This document shows, piece by piece, positions 11,080 to 21,842 of a stretch of DNA of 64,000 bases. Below the pieces are notes generated by a model. The model was not told the DNA's origin. It saw only the letters and a program-made list of their open reading frames with translations, and ran no database searches. The translations under genes and the position numbers were made by a program. The DNA is taken from the NCBI GenBank assembly GCA_000004985.1, contig GG738902.1. The stretch is one strand, 5' to 3'. Position 1 is the first letter of the stretch, and each line of letters opens with the position of its first letter. The DNA comes from Naegleria gruberi (taxonomy: Eukaryota).

Positions 11080-11613
11080 TTATTGGGCATCCTTAATTGC
11101 TGGGCATTTTGGACCACCTCCGATCATAGAAACGACCAAGGCAACGATCAAACCATACAAACCAAGAGCTTCACCGAAAATGAGGATCAAAATCAAACCA
11201 ACGAAAACTTTTTGTTGTTTACCATAAGCACGAACACCAGCATCACCGACAACACCAATAGACAAACCAGCAGCCAATGAGGACAAACCACAAGACAAAC
11301 CAGAAGCCAAGTGAGCATAACCAGAGTATGTTGAGTAACCACTCTTAACGTTAATGGAACCAGCAATAATAATAGAAACGATCAAACCATAGATACCCAA
11401 GATACCAGCCATAATAACTGGAACGATACCCTTCATGACAAGTCTGTGGTCCATGATACCCAAGTGAGCAACACCAACACCAGCCTTAGCAGAACCATAG
11501 GCAGAACCCAAGTTAGCAAAGATAAGAGCAGAAGCGCATCCCATCATACCAAAGAAAGCGGCAGAAGCAGAGCAGAATGGATCACCTGCAGTTAAATCGA
11601 GTAATGGCAACAT
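11080..11613 (-). CDS. VMA3: V-type H+-ATPase 16 kDa proteolipid subunit c.
   Basis: Four hydrophobic helices, GIYGLIVS in the second helix and the conserved Glu in the last helix ([18 protein letters not shown]). It is a single exon of 177 aa. Confidence 0.85.
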   Translation of the reverse strand: MLPLLDLTAGDPFCSASAAFFGMMGCASALIFANLGSAYGSAKAGVGVAHLGIMDHRLVMKGIVPVIMAGILGIYGLIVSIIIAGSINVKSGYSTYSGYAHLASGLSCGLSSLAAGLSIGVVGDAGVRAYGKQQKVFVGLILILIFGEALGLYGLIVALVVSMIGGGPKCPAIKDAQ

Positions 11614-11989
11614 GTTAAAGACGATGTAAAGTTATTTTTTTTCAATTAGAATAAATAATATTTATTTTTTAAACGATTTTGCGTTGAGTCAAAATTGTCA
11701 AGAGAGACTTTCTGAGAGGAGCACGCGTGACTGATGAGAGGGATGCAAAGAAGATTTTTTACAATGAAGAAGAATTATCAAAAGAACAACCGGAGATGGG
11801 TTTTGGGTAACAATACGGGCCGAGAAAATTCTTCTCCGAACTACGGAATTTATTTTGAATTGGATTCAACTAGGCTTGTTGAAACTCTCTTTAAATTACG
11901 TACTTGCTTAGTTGTAAAGAACAACAATTCAATCACGTTGACTACTTTCTATTTAATATTATTGTATTAATTATTTAATATTAAAAAAT

Positions 11990-12758
11990 ATGGGTAACAA
12001 ACAAACAAATAGAACTTCGGATAGTCATCCTCATCAAGTAGACTTTATTCCAAAGGAATATTTACCAATGAATGAAACATGCATGTTGGGAATGATGATG
12101 TGCCCTGGGAGGAATAAGAAAATACATCGACGAAATTTACAACAAGATTTGGAAAGGATTCGTGATAAATTTGATGGTCAAACCATTGTCACATTGGTGA
12201 GGAATGAAGAATTGGAAGAGATGAACATTGTTGAATATCTTCCGAAAATTAAACAAGAATTTGGAATGAAATCTATACATTTTCCAATAAGAGATAAATC
12301 ATTACCTAATGATAAGGAGGAATTTTGTAAATTAATTGATGAAATTATTCAAGAATTAATTAATGGAAGAAGAGGTTTGTATAATTTTAATTATTCTCAT
12401 TGAAACGTTGAATTTATTTAAATTCCATTGAATTGGATTAAATATTGAAATTATTCCTTGTAAACTTGAAATGTTTAATTGAATTTTAAAATTCTATTGA
12501 ATAATAATTTAATCATCCAACAGTAATTGTTCACTGTAATGGTGGAAAAGGAAGAGCAGCAACAGTTTGTACTGCAGTTTTGCAAGTACTCAAGGTCAGG
12601 AAAGTCAAATGCCAGGAATACATTTCCAGTTCATCTAATGCCATGACCATTGTTAGAACAACGAGAGGAAGTGGAACTTTACAAAATCCCATTCAAATCA
12701 TTTGGTTAAAAACAAAATTCTTAAGCTATTATGAGAATGAACACTTCAAAGGGTCATA
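11990..12758 (+). CDS. CDKN3/KAP-like dual-specificity protein phosphatase with an N-terminal MGxxxT myristoylation-type motif. It has 2 exons, 11990-12374 and 12524-12758.
   Basis: Matches KAP at LGMMMCPGRNKK...RRNLQQDLE...IVTLVRNEEL. Exon 2 carries the CX5R active site VHCNGGKGRAATV and ...RTTRGSGTLQNPIQIIWL. The intron at 12375-12523 runs from GTTTGT to ACAG with consistent phase. Confidence 0.7.
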
Positions 12759-13115
12759 GTATTTATTAAATTACATAATTCTCAATAATGACTATGGAGA
12801 ATTTTACAAATTCCAGTAATCGAGCATTGCTATCTCAAAGATTAGTTTTGCAAACCGTTGAAATTCGAATTGTATTCCATTTCCTTTAAATAATTCAATT
12901 TTATAAAAATTCAAAATCTATTTTAGATTTCAATTTTTAATTTCATAAAAATATCGCAACCGAACTATCGTTCTTCACCACAAGGGATAACGATTTAAAT
13001 TTTTCATCATCAAATTACATTTACAGGAGGAATTTTATTATAGCACATTGGAGATTGTGGAATTTTGTATAATACGATCAAGTTGTTAAAATAATAATAA
13101 TAATTAACGAACAAA

Positions 13116-13799
13116 ATGAGTGAATTATTCCGTAGTTATGAAGATGAATATTTCGAAGCCTCCAACGGAATTAAACGTTCTTTGGCCGAGTTGAAGAGTG
13201 TATCTGGAGATGCCAAGAAGAGAGTTGTTCGTAAAATCGAAAAGGATCTCGACACTGCAAACAAACAAATTAAACAAATGAACCTTGAAATGACAAGTAC
13301 TGCCAATCCTCAAGAAAAGGAAAATTTAAAGAAAAAGTTAAAGACATATGGACAAGATTTAACCAATCTTAAAAAGGAATTTGAAGGAGCCAAATCAGAT
13401 AACAATAGAAATAGAGATGCTCTATTCTCTGGAGGCTATGATGATGATCTTCCATCAGCAAGTGATGATTACAGAAATAGACTAGTTCAATCTACTCAAG
13501 TATTGGAAAGATCAAATGAAACTTTGGATCGTGCCAGTAAAATTCTCGATGAGACTGAACAAATGGGTGTTGAAACAGCAGGTACATTGAGAGAACAAGG
13601 AGAACGTATGAAAAAGACTCGTGACAAACTCTATGATGTTGATTCTCAAATCAAACAAGGTGGTAGAATTCTTGGAAGAATGTCAAGACGAGAAGTTTTG
13701 ATCAAGGTCATTATCATTGCTGTCATTCTCTTCTTATTGCTCATTATTGGTATCATTTTATTCTTTATTTTCTATGGTATCTTTAAGCCATCCAAATAA
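13116..13799 (+). CDS. VTI1: Qb-SNARE VTI1 (vesicle transport v-SNARE).
   Basis: N-terminal Vti1 helical domain, a SNARE motif (...LDRASKILDETEQMGVETAGTLREQGERMKKTRDKLYDVD...) and a C-terminal transmembrane anchor IIIAVILFLLLIIGIILFFIF. Single exon. Confidence 0.8.
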   Translation: MSELFRSYEDEYFEASNGIKRSLAELKSVSGDAKKRVVRKIEKDLDTANKQIKQMNLEMTSTANPQEKENLKKKLKTYGQDLTNLKKEFEGAKSDNNRNRDALFSGGYDDDLPSASDDYRNRLVQSTQVLERSNETLDRASKILDETEQMGVETAGTLREQGERMKKTRDKLYDVDSQIKQGGRILGRMSRREVLIKVIIIAVILFLLLIIGIILFFIFYGIFKPSK

Positions 13800-14025
13800 A
13801 TTGTCAAATATTAATTTTCTTAATCAATATCAGAATTTTTGGATCAATACCAGAATTGATAAATTACAACAAAATTCATGACATAAATAAAAACATAAAA
13901 AAAATGCGTGAAGTTGGTATGTAGAGAGACAATTTTTCGATTCCTATCTAATCACAAATTTAGGTCTTGTTTTTGAATGTCTTCATTGTGAGACATATTT
14001 TGTAAATACTGTAAAATTAATTGAT

Positions 14026-14970
14026 TTGAGTGAAAATAGAGGAAAAAAGAGGGATCTCTTGACTGACACCTATATTTCCCTTCAAAAACATTATGAGGAT
14101 TTTCGGAATAGATATCAACTCTGTGTTTGTCCCACATGTAATGAATTAATTTATCAATCAAAGTATCAGGATTTGGATCAGAATTGTATTTTGAGTTTGT
14201 GTAGAGTTTTCAAATTTTTAAAGGAGGATGATTTACAAGAATTGTCTTCAAATTCTTCTGCAAATAATACGAATGGTGGAATTGGAGGTAGTGATAACAA
14301 TGTAGGAAGCAGTGCATCACATGCCTCTTCTTCTACTGATGAAACAAATACCACTAATAATGAATCATCATTTATGGACCTATTTGAAATATCAAACAAG
14401 GACATTTTGAAAGGATATGAAATGGAAAAATCAAATGGTAAAAAGCAACATGGAAAAAAGTCAAAGGAAGAAAAGAAGGGAGAAGAGCATGATCCTGATA
14501 TTCATGTTCCACTCTATATGGATGTTGGAACCAATGCAGGAGAATCTCAAAAAAAACAAAAGTGGGAATTAGTATTTGGTGTTGGGCCTGCTAGATTGGA
14601 GTTGGATTCATCAAGGTCTGGAAGAATTTACAAACCATCATTGAGATCACTAAACTTACCTCACATCTCAACCAGTCTGTACAAACTTCCAGAAAATGTC
14701 ATTACTTCTGATATTCAATCTCAATGTGAAAAAATTGTTGAACTTGTTCAAGGATTGGATGAACAGGCCTTGACAGATTTAATACTCAATGTACTTGTTA
14801 AAAAGATTCCACTCTATGAGCATTTTGATGAAATTTCAGAGCTCATCACTGAACAACTATCCTCCATCAGACACATTAGAGAAATTGAAAAACAAGAAGA
14901 AATGGAACTTGCAAGACATTACAAGGGTAAAACTCTAACAGACATTCTCTCTAAAAAATCAAAACAGTAA
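14026..14970 (+). CDS. Hypothetical low-complexity protein. The 5' boundary is uncertain.
   Basis: A 314-codon open frame whose listed start is TTG; the first in-frame ATG is near 14380. It is Ser/Asn/Gly-rich in the middle and probably helical at the C-terminus. No recognisable domain. Confidence 0.3.
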   Translation: MSENRGKKRDLLTDTYISLQKHYEDFRNRYQLCVCPTCNELIYQSKYQDLDQNCILSLCRVFKFLKEDDLQELSSNSSANNTNGGIGGSDNNVGSSASHASSSTDETNTTNNESSFMDLFEISNKDILKGYEMEKSNGKKQHGKKSKEEKKGEEHDPDIHVPLYMDVGTNAGESQKKQKWELVFGVGPARLELDSSRSGRIYKPSLRSLNLPHISTSLYKLPENVITSDIQSQCEKIVELVQGLDEQALTDLILNVLVKKIPLYEHFDEISELITEQLSSIRHIREIEKQEEMELARHYKGKTLTDILSKKSKQ

Positions 14971-15163
14971 CACTCAAAAAATTAAATCATTTCCAACCTC
15001 TTCTCTTCACCAGTGAAAACACGTTTTCATTCCAATCAAATTCCAACCATATCAATTCTATTTAGTTGTTCACGTTGCTCTTTTCATTATCTATTTTTAT
15101 TCTTAAAAAAAATACAAGTCAAGCCTTTGATTTCTACAGTGTGTGATTTTGTTCGGAATCAGA

Positions 15164-18100
15164 ATGCAAAGTCAGAACATGTTTGAGTCTTCTTCGGCTC
15201 CACCTTTGGAGACCAATTATAATAATAATGATGATAACAATAATCAAAATCCACTCTCTATTAGTATGCAGCTATCGGAAATGGCTAATCACATAGTAAA
15301 TCCAAAATATAATATGATACATGCAAGTGTGGAGACTGATCATGCGAGAGAATATAAATTATTGGTCGAAAAGAGAAAATCAATGGCTGGTGCAATTGAT
15401 GTTGGAGGTGCTAAAGGAAATAATGGACAAAACGGAAGACCAGGTAAGAATGGAAGACCTGGAAGAGCTGGAACAACTCGAAGTGAAAGTAAAATTGGAG
15501 ATCGAGGTGAAAATGGAGAACATGGTACAAATGGTGAAGATGGTTATCATGCAGAGAATGGTAGAGATGGTGATGTATTGAATATTCTATTGGATCGATC
15601 ATCTCATCCACAAGAGTTATTTGTTAAATATTCGAGAGAACAATTGAGAGCAAATTATATTCAAAGCCAGAGATATGGATATAATGCAAATATTATTGAT
15701 GAACACAGATTTAATTCCAGTTCAAGATTTCCTCTCAATTCTCCAAATGAGTTTGTCTTGTTTAAATCAAATGGAGGTGACGGTGGAGATGGAGGTAATG
15801 GTGGTATGTAGTAACTTTCATTTGAAATTTGGAATTAACAACTTCATCAATAGGTCACGGAGGAAATGGTGGTAGTGGTGGAAATGGATCTAATGGTACT
15901 GAACAAGGAGGAGATGGTGGTGATGGAGGTAATGGTGGAGATGGTGGCAGGTAAGTTTTGAATTTAAAATATATTTACAATTTGTAAAGAGCAAGTTATG
16001 GAGGTCATGGAGGTAGTGCAGGTTTAATTTTCATTAATGTAAGTGATAGGATGAATAGAGTTGTTGTAAATTTATTATTATAGACCTATGATCCAAGATT
16101 ACTTGTGTTGACAAGATCAGAAACTCATGGAGGAAGAGGAGGTAAAATTGTAAGTGTATAAATTCTTTAACCTATTTACTTTAACTTTACAATAGGGTAT
16201 TTGTGGAGAGTTTGGTGTTGGTGGTAAAGGAGGATCAGCTGGAAAGTAAGTTTTGTATTTTTGAATTTAATTTGTAATTGAATTTGTAAAGGGGTTTACT
16301 CAAGATGGGAAGACATGGCAGACAGGGCTCAAATGGTACAAAACAACAAACCAACATTGCACACGAGTCACAAAATGGAAGCGATGGTGTAACTGTTTAT
16401 AGAGTTCTTGATTTCCGTACTAATCAGATAATGTTTGAAGGACAAAAGTCTTTTACAGCAAGAATTCTTTCATTTGATGTTGAGGCTAATGATGACGATG
16501 GAGTTTTTGAACCTGGCGAAGATATTACATTGAAAAATTTCAAAATCCACAACGATGGAGATATTCCTCTTCCTGCTGGATCAATTCTTCGTATTGCTTA
16601 CGATCCAAATGGATTTATTTTCAGCGAAGATCAATATATTCTTCCTGAGATTGGTCCAAAACAAACACTCAACTTGACAAATACTGCCTTAACCGCTAAA
16701 ATTTTACCAAATGCTTTGAAAACCTCAGAGCTTTCTAAAAACATTTCTCTCAATGTTCAAGTTGACTTGTTTGATAGAATTTTTGAGGAATCAATTATGG
16801 GATGTACCATTCTTGTTCAATATCCAATCAATATTACAAATATTGATTATTTAAAGCAAATGGGAAGAGGAGATTCTTCAGATATCATTATTTCATTCAC
16901 AAATTTGAGTAAGAGACCATATCAATTTGTGTATAATGTCATTACACATGATCAACTTTTCCTTGTAGAGACTGAACAAAGGACAATTTCATTAATGTCA
17001 CAAATCAAACCAGAAAACATCAACATGCATCCACATTCTGTAATATTAGGCTATTGTTCTGAATTTTATCAAAAACAACAAATGGAAATAGAATTGATAT
17101 ATAAGGACACAGTTATTCAAAAAGTCAGCAAATCCATACAAGCAGTCCCTCACTTCAATCCAACTGTAATAGACAGCACAGATGTGTTACTAATTACAAA
17201 TAATACCTTTAGAAGAGAAGATTTCAAGGCATTTTCTGAAATATTCCAACTTTTAAATATCAGAGCTAATTTTTGGGATCTTGATTTTTACAAAGGGATT
17301 TCATATCAAGAAGATACACGAGCTAGACATACCATTTCATGTGTCGATAAGTATAGAGGAAAGCTGATTATTTTATGTGCTAAAAACATGGATGATGTAC
17401 AAAAGTTTATGCCTATGGATCTTATTTATCATTTTGGCCAATATGAAGCTGATCAAGTATTGGCTGCTGACTTTAAGTACAATAGTGGTCTTTTGGTATT
17501 GACACCTGAATTACCAAAGCAGGAGGAAATGAAGAAAATTCTTGGGGACTCTCATGTTGCTGCTCATGTCACTGAATTTGATTCTGACAAGCAATTTTGT
17601 GGATATTACAAATTACTCTATCCTACCCAAAAGGATGTTGAAGAAAAATGCAAAGAATTGGAGATGGAAAAGGAAAAGAATTCCCTTGAGAGATATGTTG
17701 TAAATGTTGACACTTTAGAAATCAAGCAAGTTAAGAGTGATTCTTGGGTTTCATGGAAGTATTCATACGGAAAGGCCTCAATGTTCAAGTTGAATGTAAA
17801 TATTTTCCAAACACTTGTTGGACTCGCATTCAATAGCGAAACAAACTTTGATGATTTTGGAATATTTTCAGATCAATCAACAGGCGAAATTATTGATAAC
17901 CCAACCGTAATTGAACTATTGAAGAATAGGAGGAATACTTTACATTTTAACTTACTCTATTCTATTGCTTATAGTTTGGGATTGGAATCCAAATTACAAG
18001 TTTTACAAGAATTGGATGGTAAAACTGAAACTTCCAGACTCATCAGAGACCTGATTAGATGGACATTATTTGAATCCGTGAAGAGAGAGACTAGACTTGG

Positions 18101-18467
18101 TAGTGGAGTATCTCCAACATTGGAAAGATTAGTTCATACACTTGTACATAAGCCACACTTAATTTGTGAAACTACACTCACCACAGTCATTCATATTTTC
18201 GAAAGAGCTAGTAGTTTCACGTATTATGGTAGTTTTGTTCCATCCTCTTTGAGCTTTGGTTACAAATTCAAAGAAAAGAGAAATGAAATTATCAAATTGA
18301 GTGAAACAGCTGATGTAGAGTTGAGAAGGGCTGGCCTAGAGGCAATCAACAATCAAACTATTCAATATTTCGATATAGATAACACCATTTTAAAGGCAAA
18401 GTCAGAGATCTCTACAACAGAGTTCCCTAAATTGAGGGACGTAGCTTTGACTTATCTTATTGAGTAA
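15164..18467 (+). CDS. Large mosaic protein encoded by 6 exons. It comprises an N-terminal region, collagen-like Gly-X-Y runs, GG[DN]GG glycine-rich micro-exons and a 720-aa uncharacterised C-terminal domain.
   Basis: Exons are 15164-15803, 15854-15950, 15990-16038, 16084-16149, 16196-16245 and 16292-18467. All introns are 40-50 nt, with GTATGT or GTAAGT donors and AG acceptors, and phases close without stops. Exon 1 contains GAKGNNGQNGRPGKNGRPGRAG and GDRGENGEHGTNGEDG triplets. The micro-exons encode HGGNGGSGGNG...GGDGGDGGNGGDGG. The last exon begins MGRHGRQGSNGTK and continues through a large domain with no recognised motifs. Confidence 0.6.
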
Positions 18468-18478
18468 TAAACAAATAT

Positions 18479-19738
18479 TTATTCGTTTTGAATTTCCAAA
18501 TCATGAAGCCATTCTTCATATATTGAAGGATTATCCAACAAGTCAAAGTTATTAGGGTGAATGTATTCTAGTAAAACTCTTCCAGTAGTAAGGTTTAACA
18601 AATACAATCTTGGTATGGTTCTATCAGGGTTTAAAGCTTTTGTTAGTGCCAAGTTAGCTTTTGCACTATCAAAGGGCAATGCATAGAAACCCATATCCAT
18701 TTGTTTCATGTGAAAGAAAACTCTTCCTTCGTTCAATTCATTCGAAACTATTACAAACTCGATAGCTTCCAGACCGTAATCTGCCTTAATTCCATAGTAG
18801 AAATCCACAACTTTGTGGATGTATTCTTTTTGTTTCTGTAACTTCCAACCAACAGTCCATGATGGTGCAAATAAAATTCCCACAATCTTTTTATCTGTCA
18901 ATGTCTCTAACACCTTTGACACTTTCTTCTCTCTAGATACCAAATCAGTTTTTGGAAATAATAAATTAATATTAAGCTCAACATCATCCATAAAAGTTCC
19001 ATCAATTATTCTGTATTTTTTGGTGTCTCCTAGTTTTTCTCTCCATTCATTAAATAATTTCATAACTGGCTCAATATTTCCATCAGACTTGTTGTCAATA
19101 TTAAGGGCTTCCATCTCTCGTAATTCAGAAAGGCTTGGGCCTTTCATTATTTCAAACTTGTTATCCTCGAATTTCCAAGGGTTAAACAACAACAGTTCTG
19201 GCTCTTGACTTCTTGTTGAATATGATATTCCAAGTTTCGGAGCTACAGATCTTAGTAGTCTGATATTATTCGATGCATTATAAAATTGATACCAAGGTAA
19301 TTGGAAATTTGTAATAGGCAGTCTATTTCTTGATCCTAAATCAGGAGGAAACTGCACCATATCAATAGATCGGCTTCCATATTGTTGATGTATTATTTTG
19401 AAGAGTTTTTCAACCTTTTCATGAAATTCCATATGATGTTCGATATCCAAGTTTAGCCTTTACATATATTTTGTATAAAGCATAAACATTAATCATTCAA
19501 CCTACCTCAAAACACCAATTAACCTCGACTTGTTGCACACATCTTCAATAGGTTTGATTATTCTCTTGACCTCCTTCTTTTCTACTGTAACAAACTTTAT
19601 CATCATTCCGGAAAAAACACTCCTCAAATACTCTTGATTCTTCCCCAACATGACCTTCTTTTGAGTCCTACTTCTAGCCATCTCTTCATAATCAATCACA
19701 GGCTCATAAGGTTTTTCATTCTTGAATAAGTCTCTCAT
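18479..19738 (-). CDS. Nucleoredoxin/tryparedoxin-like thioredoxin-fold protein lacking the CxxC active site. It has 2 exons, 19506-19738 and 18479-19457.
   Basis: The core reads ...KIVGILFAPSWTVGWKLQ...EFVIVSNELNEGRVFFHMKQMDMGFYALPFDSAKANLALTKALNPDRTIPRLYLLNLTTGRV, matching the nucleoredoxin pattern (SAxWCPPC...MPWLALPF...IPTLV). The site is APSWTVGW in place of WCPPC. Intron 19458-19505 runs from GTAGGT to AAAG, phase 2. Confidence 0.6.
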
Positions 19739-20162
19739 TTTTTTCTGTAATTTTTGTTTTTCGAGAAGAGGCTGCTTTTTTGTCCATAGGTATTACTGTC
19801 TTGAAGTGTGCTTCAGTGCCTTCATTATGAACAATAAAGGAGATGAACACTGAAAAAAAACTGGTGCAGCCTCAATAAAGTATTACTTGTTAAAATGAGA
19901 GGAAGAGAGAAATCGGAATGTATTATTATAATCAACAAGAATTGTAATGGATTTTAAGGTTTTTTTGGAAAGCTATTTTGTAAAGGATGTATAAGAAGAG
20001 AGGTGGATGAGTAGAAATGGTGAGAGCTATTGATTCTTAACAATGAATAGTTTTGAAGAAATAGGTTTTATTAACCATAGAACCTTCAAGTAATTTTCCC
20101 GCCCAATTCCCTGATTCATATTACCGTTAAAAACTGTTCCTTAATAATTTAAATTATAAAAA

Positions 20163-21839
20163 ATGATTAAAAATGTCCAGCCTCATTCTAGAGAGTTCAT
20201 GTCCTCTCCTCCGAGAAGGTACTCGTCATTGTATGCCAATAATGGGACAGTTACATCGGTATCATCATCACTGTCCTCAATAAGACCAGACTCACCAAGA
20301 TATAGCACTAATAACATCACAACAACAACAAGTGTTGAATTAATTACTCCTGTAAAAGCCTTCATACCCAAAATTATTCTTAAAAAGAAGGTTCCTGAGA
20401 CTTTTTGTCCTCCAAAGAGAAAAGGGCACTCAATGACTTTTTGGAATAATAGATTATATTTATTCGGAGGTTATCAAGGAGGACATTCAAACGATCTATG
20501 GTTTTTGGAAGGAAATAAGTGGAAAAAATTGGATGTTCAGGGTGTGTTACCTGTAAAACGTTCAAATCATTCTTCGGCAATGTATAGAAATCATCTTATT
20601 GTTTTTGGAGGTGATAAGGGAACGGATTTAATGAATGATATGTGGATTATAGATCTTTCAAAACCAGAGTCGGATATGAGATGGAGAAAAGTAATCCCAA
20701 AGAACCAGCCACCAAAAGTTAGATATGCTCATTGCTCATGCATTTTGAATGAAAAATTAATGTTATTTGGAGGATATTCAACTTCCTATCTGAATGATCT
20801 ATATGAATTTGATTTTAAAACTTTATTATGGTCCCCAATAAGTGTTAACGATGCTCCTCCAGAGAGGTGTCACTTTACAATGACAGCCATACCCGAGTGT
20901 AGCTCATTATTAGTGTATGGTGGTTCAAATGGAGAAAATAATTTGAATGATGTTTGGGTTTTCAATCGATCATTTTGCACATGGTCTTTGTTGCAAATGA
21001 ATACTGATGTTGGTTGGCAAAAGGGCATTAAACCATGCCCAAGATCCAAACATGCTTGTACTAAAATATCTAGGGATACACTTTTAATACATGGAGGTAA
21101 TGTGAGTCCTTCTAAGGATAATAATATTTGGATGCTAAAGCTCACAGGGTTTTACGAAGACAAGAGGTCACTAGGAGTAGAATGGAAAAAGTTAGAATTC
21201 TTAGCTGCGGATGGTTTTTGCATTCGAGAAGCTCACTCTATGAATACAGTTGAGACTGATATTGTGATATTTGGAGGTTTTGCACCACATGTGGAAGGTC
21301 ATTATAGAAACGATACTTGGTGGGGAGACATTTCCTCACTGTTGGAAAATTCATTTGAGGAACCTGAGGAAACAGACGAGGAAGAAGCTGAACCAAAGCT
21401 GGTTGACAATGAAATTGAACAAGAAATTCTCAATAGAATCAATGAAGCTATGGGAAGAGAAAAGCCAATCAACAAAGGTTCTGAGTTTGATTCGGCAGAC
21501 ATTTTTGAAAAGATGGAACTTTACACACCAAGAAAAGTGGAAGGCCTTAAGAGATCAACAACTCCAGATAGAAACGCAAGCCCAGATAAGAAAATCTTAG
21601 AAACACCAAAGAGAACTAACTCGCCAAAACGAGGAAGTACCACACCACAAGAAACAACAACTCCAAAGAATTCAGATTCCACATCTCAAAAAGTAAATAT
21701 TTTAGAAAAATTGGTGGTTGAATTAAGTGAAACAGTTCAACAATTAACAATTTCTCTTTCAACGGAAACAAAGAGAAGGATATCAATGGAACGTGAAATT
21801 GAAATGATAAAGTTCTTACTGGAGCAAGAAAAAAAATAA
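20163..21839 (+). CDS. Kelch-repeat beta-propeller protein with a Ser/Thr/Pro-rich and coiled-coil C-terminus.
   Basis: Five or six kelch-like blades, for example RKGHSMTFWNNRLYLFGGYQG, KRSNHSSAMYRNHLIVFGGDKG and VRYAHCSCILNEKLMLFGGY. A C-terminal heptad region reads ...LEKLVVELSETVQQL... Single exon. Confidence 0.7.
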   Translation: MIKNVQPHSREFMSSPPRRYSSLYANNGTVTSVSSSLSSIRPDSPRYSTNNITTTTSVELITPVKAFIPKIILKKKVPETFCPPKRKGHSMTFWNNRLYLFGGYQGGHSNDLWFLEGNKWKKLDVQGVLPVKRSNHSSAMYRNHLIVFGGDKGTDLMNDMWIIDLSKPESDMRWRKVIPKNQPPKVRYAHCSCILNEKLMLFGGYSTSYLNDLYEFDFKTLLWSPISVNDAPPERCHFTMTAIPECSSLLVYGGSNGENNLNDVWVFNRSFCTWSLLQMNTDVGWQKGIKPCPRSKHACTKISRDTLLIHGGNVSPSKDNNIWMLKLTGFYEDKRSLGVEWKKLEFLAADGFCIREAHSMNTVETDIVIFGGFAPHVEGHYRNDTWWGDISSLLENSFEEPEETDEEEAEPKLVDNEIEQEILNRINEAMGREKPINKGSEFDSADIFEKMELYTPRKVEGLKRSTTPDRNASPDKKILETPKRTNSPKRGSTTPQETTTPKNSDSTSQKVNILEKLVVELSETVQQLTISLSTETKRRISMEREIEMIKFLLEQEKK

Positions 21840-21842
21840 AAA

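Noticed and set aside
15321-15611. ORFs 15321-15581(+) and 15411-15611(-) rich in M/E/V/H
   Set aside because: They are alternative-frame and antisense readings of the repetitive GGN/GAN codons of the collagen-like exon and have no independent support.
16246-16304. An alternative splice of the collagen-like gene directly onto the ATG at 16305, which would give a perfect Gly-X-Y continuation
   Set aside because: There is no GT dinucleotide at the required donor position (the sequence is GGAAAGTAAG, with a single G). Only the AA|GTAAGT to GTAAAG|G junction at 16246-16291 keeps phase.
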